A stretch of DNA of 64,000 nucleotides. Source: Marsupella aquatica (lineage: Eukaryota; Plantae; Marchantiophyta). The DNA lies in contig OZ316892.1 in the NCBI GenBank assembly GCA_973895155.1, forward strand, positions 14,562,861-14,626,860, in the 5' to 3' direction. Made by a program: the position numbers and the translations under genes. Below the pieces are notes generated by a model. That model saw nothing but the letters and a program-made list of their open reading frames with translations. It did no database searches and was not told where the DNA came from. Below are positions 63,460 through 64,000 of this stretch, piece by piece; positions within the stretch are counted from its first letter, which is position 1, and each line of letters opens with the position of its first letter.

Positions 63460-63805
63460 TTCTTTTGCCTTCAAAGCCAAAACTAGACCCATCCAACAAA
63501 GGATAGACTTACTTTGGAGTATGCACCATTGTAGGGTAGCTCACAAGGGAGAAGATACCCGGGATCCGACAGGACCCAGACCAGGAGGGAGAGAAAGTTG
63601 AACCAAACCCCCAAAACGACCAGGAGGGAGAGAATGTTGAACCTAGAATCCCCAAACAAGCTAGCCAGGGGCTGAGGGAGAAACCAGGACTCCCATCACT
63701 ACATCCCACCACACATACCCTCCACACCCCTTGCGTGTGGAGGAGGGTTGAACCTGGCACCTCTCAATTCTAGGCTCATCCTCTGGCCAACTGACCAAAA
63801 CCACC
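63460..63805 (-). mobile_element. SINE-like family B, copy 3 (uninterrupted)
   Basis: Minus strand reads TGGTCAGTTGG (A box), 32 nt, then GGTTCAACCC (B box). The body GGGATGTAGTGATGGGAGTCCTGGTTTC...GCTACCCTACA...AGTCTATCC is shared with copies 1 and 2. Confidence 0.75.
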
Positions 63806-64000
63806 TGAATAGTGTGTCTCAACTTTGCTTCACCGTTTAGGGTACACAACAGGGAGTGACCCAGCAAGGGATCCACAGAACTTGAAGGAGCTAGTGGCCC
63901 CAACAAGTCAATTTCAAAAGAAAAGCCTGGTCAAATCTTTTTCCTGGAGGGTCCCCATCAAGTTTCTACTCCATGAATGGAAAAGAGCAGAAAACGATGC

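Overview
Eukaryotic nuclear DNA from a land plant with compact genes and short GT-AG introns; a non-seed plant such as a bryophyte or lycophyte is inferred, not proven. I assembled six protein-coding genes by hand from splice signals and reading frames. They are: the 5' part of a Dicer-like gene (DCL3-like, minus strand, running off the left edge); MCM10 (+, with a canonical E2F site upstream); an organellar alkaline/neutral invertase (-); intronless CHLM (+, about 680 bp downstream of a tRNA-Ala(CGC) gene); FKBP42/TWD1 (-); and a TON1-recruiting-motif/LONGIFOLIA-type gene (-). The intergenic blocks (about 4.6-18, 29-32.7, 40-43 and 50-64 kb) hold small non-autonomous elements. These include a three-copy short-TIR family with 8-bp target-site duplications (one copy nested in a tRNA-derived SINE), a Mutator-like foldback, a Tourist/PIF MITE, a Copia-like solo LTR, SINEs, a decayed L1 fragment and many local tandem duplications. 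I see no prokaryotic-type system (CRISPR, operon) and no clearly novel protein system. The best leads are the mobile-element families, several long hairpins, the tRNA-CHLM arrangement and a BolA-like relic. Coordinates were read by eye and may be off by a few bases.
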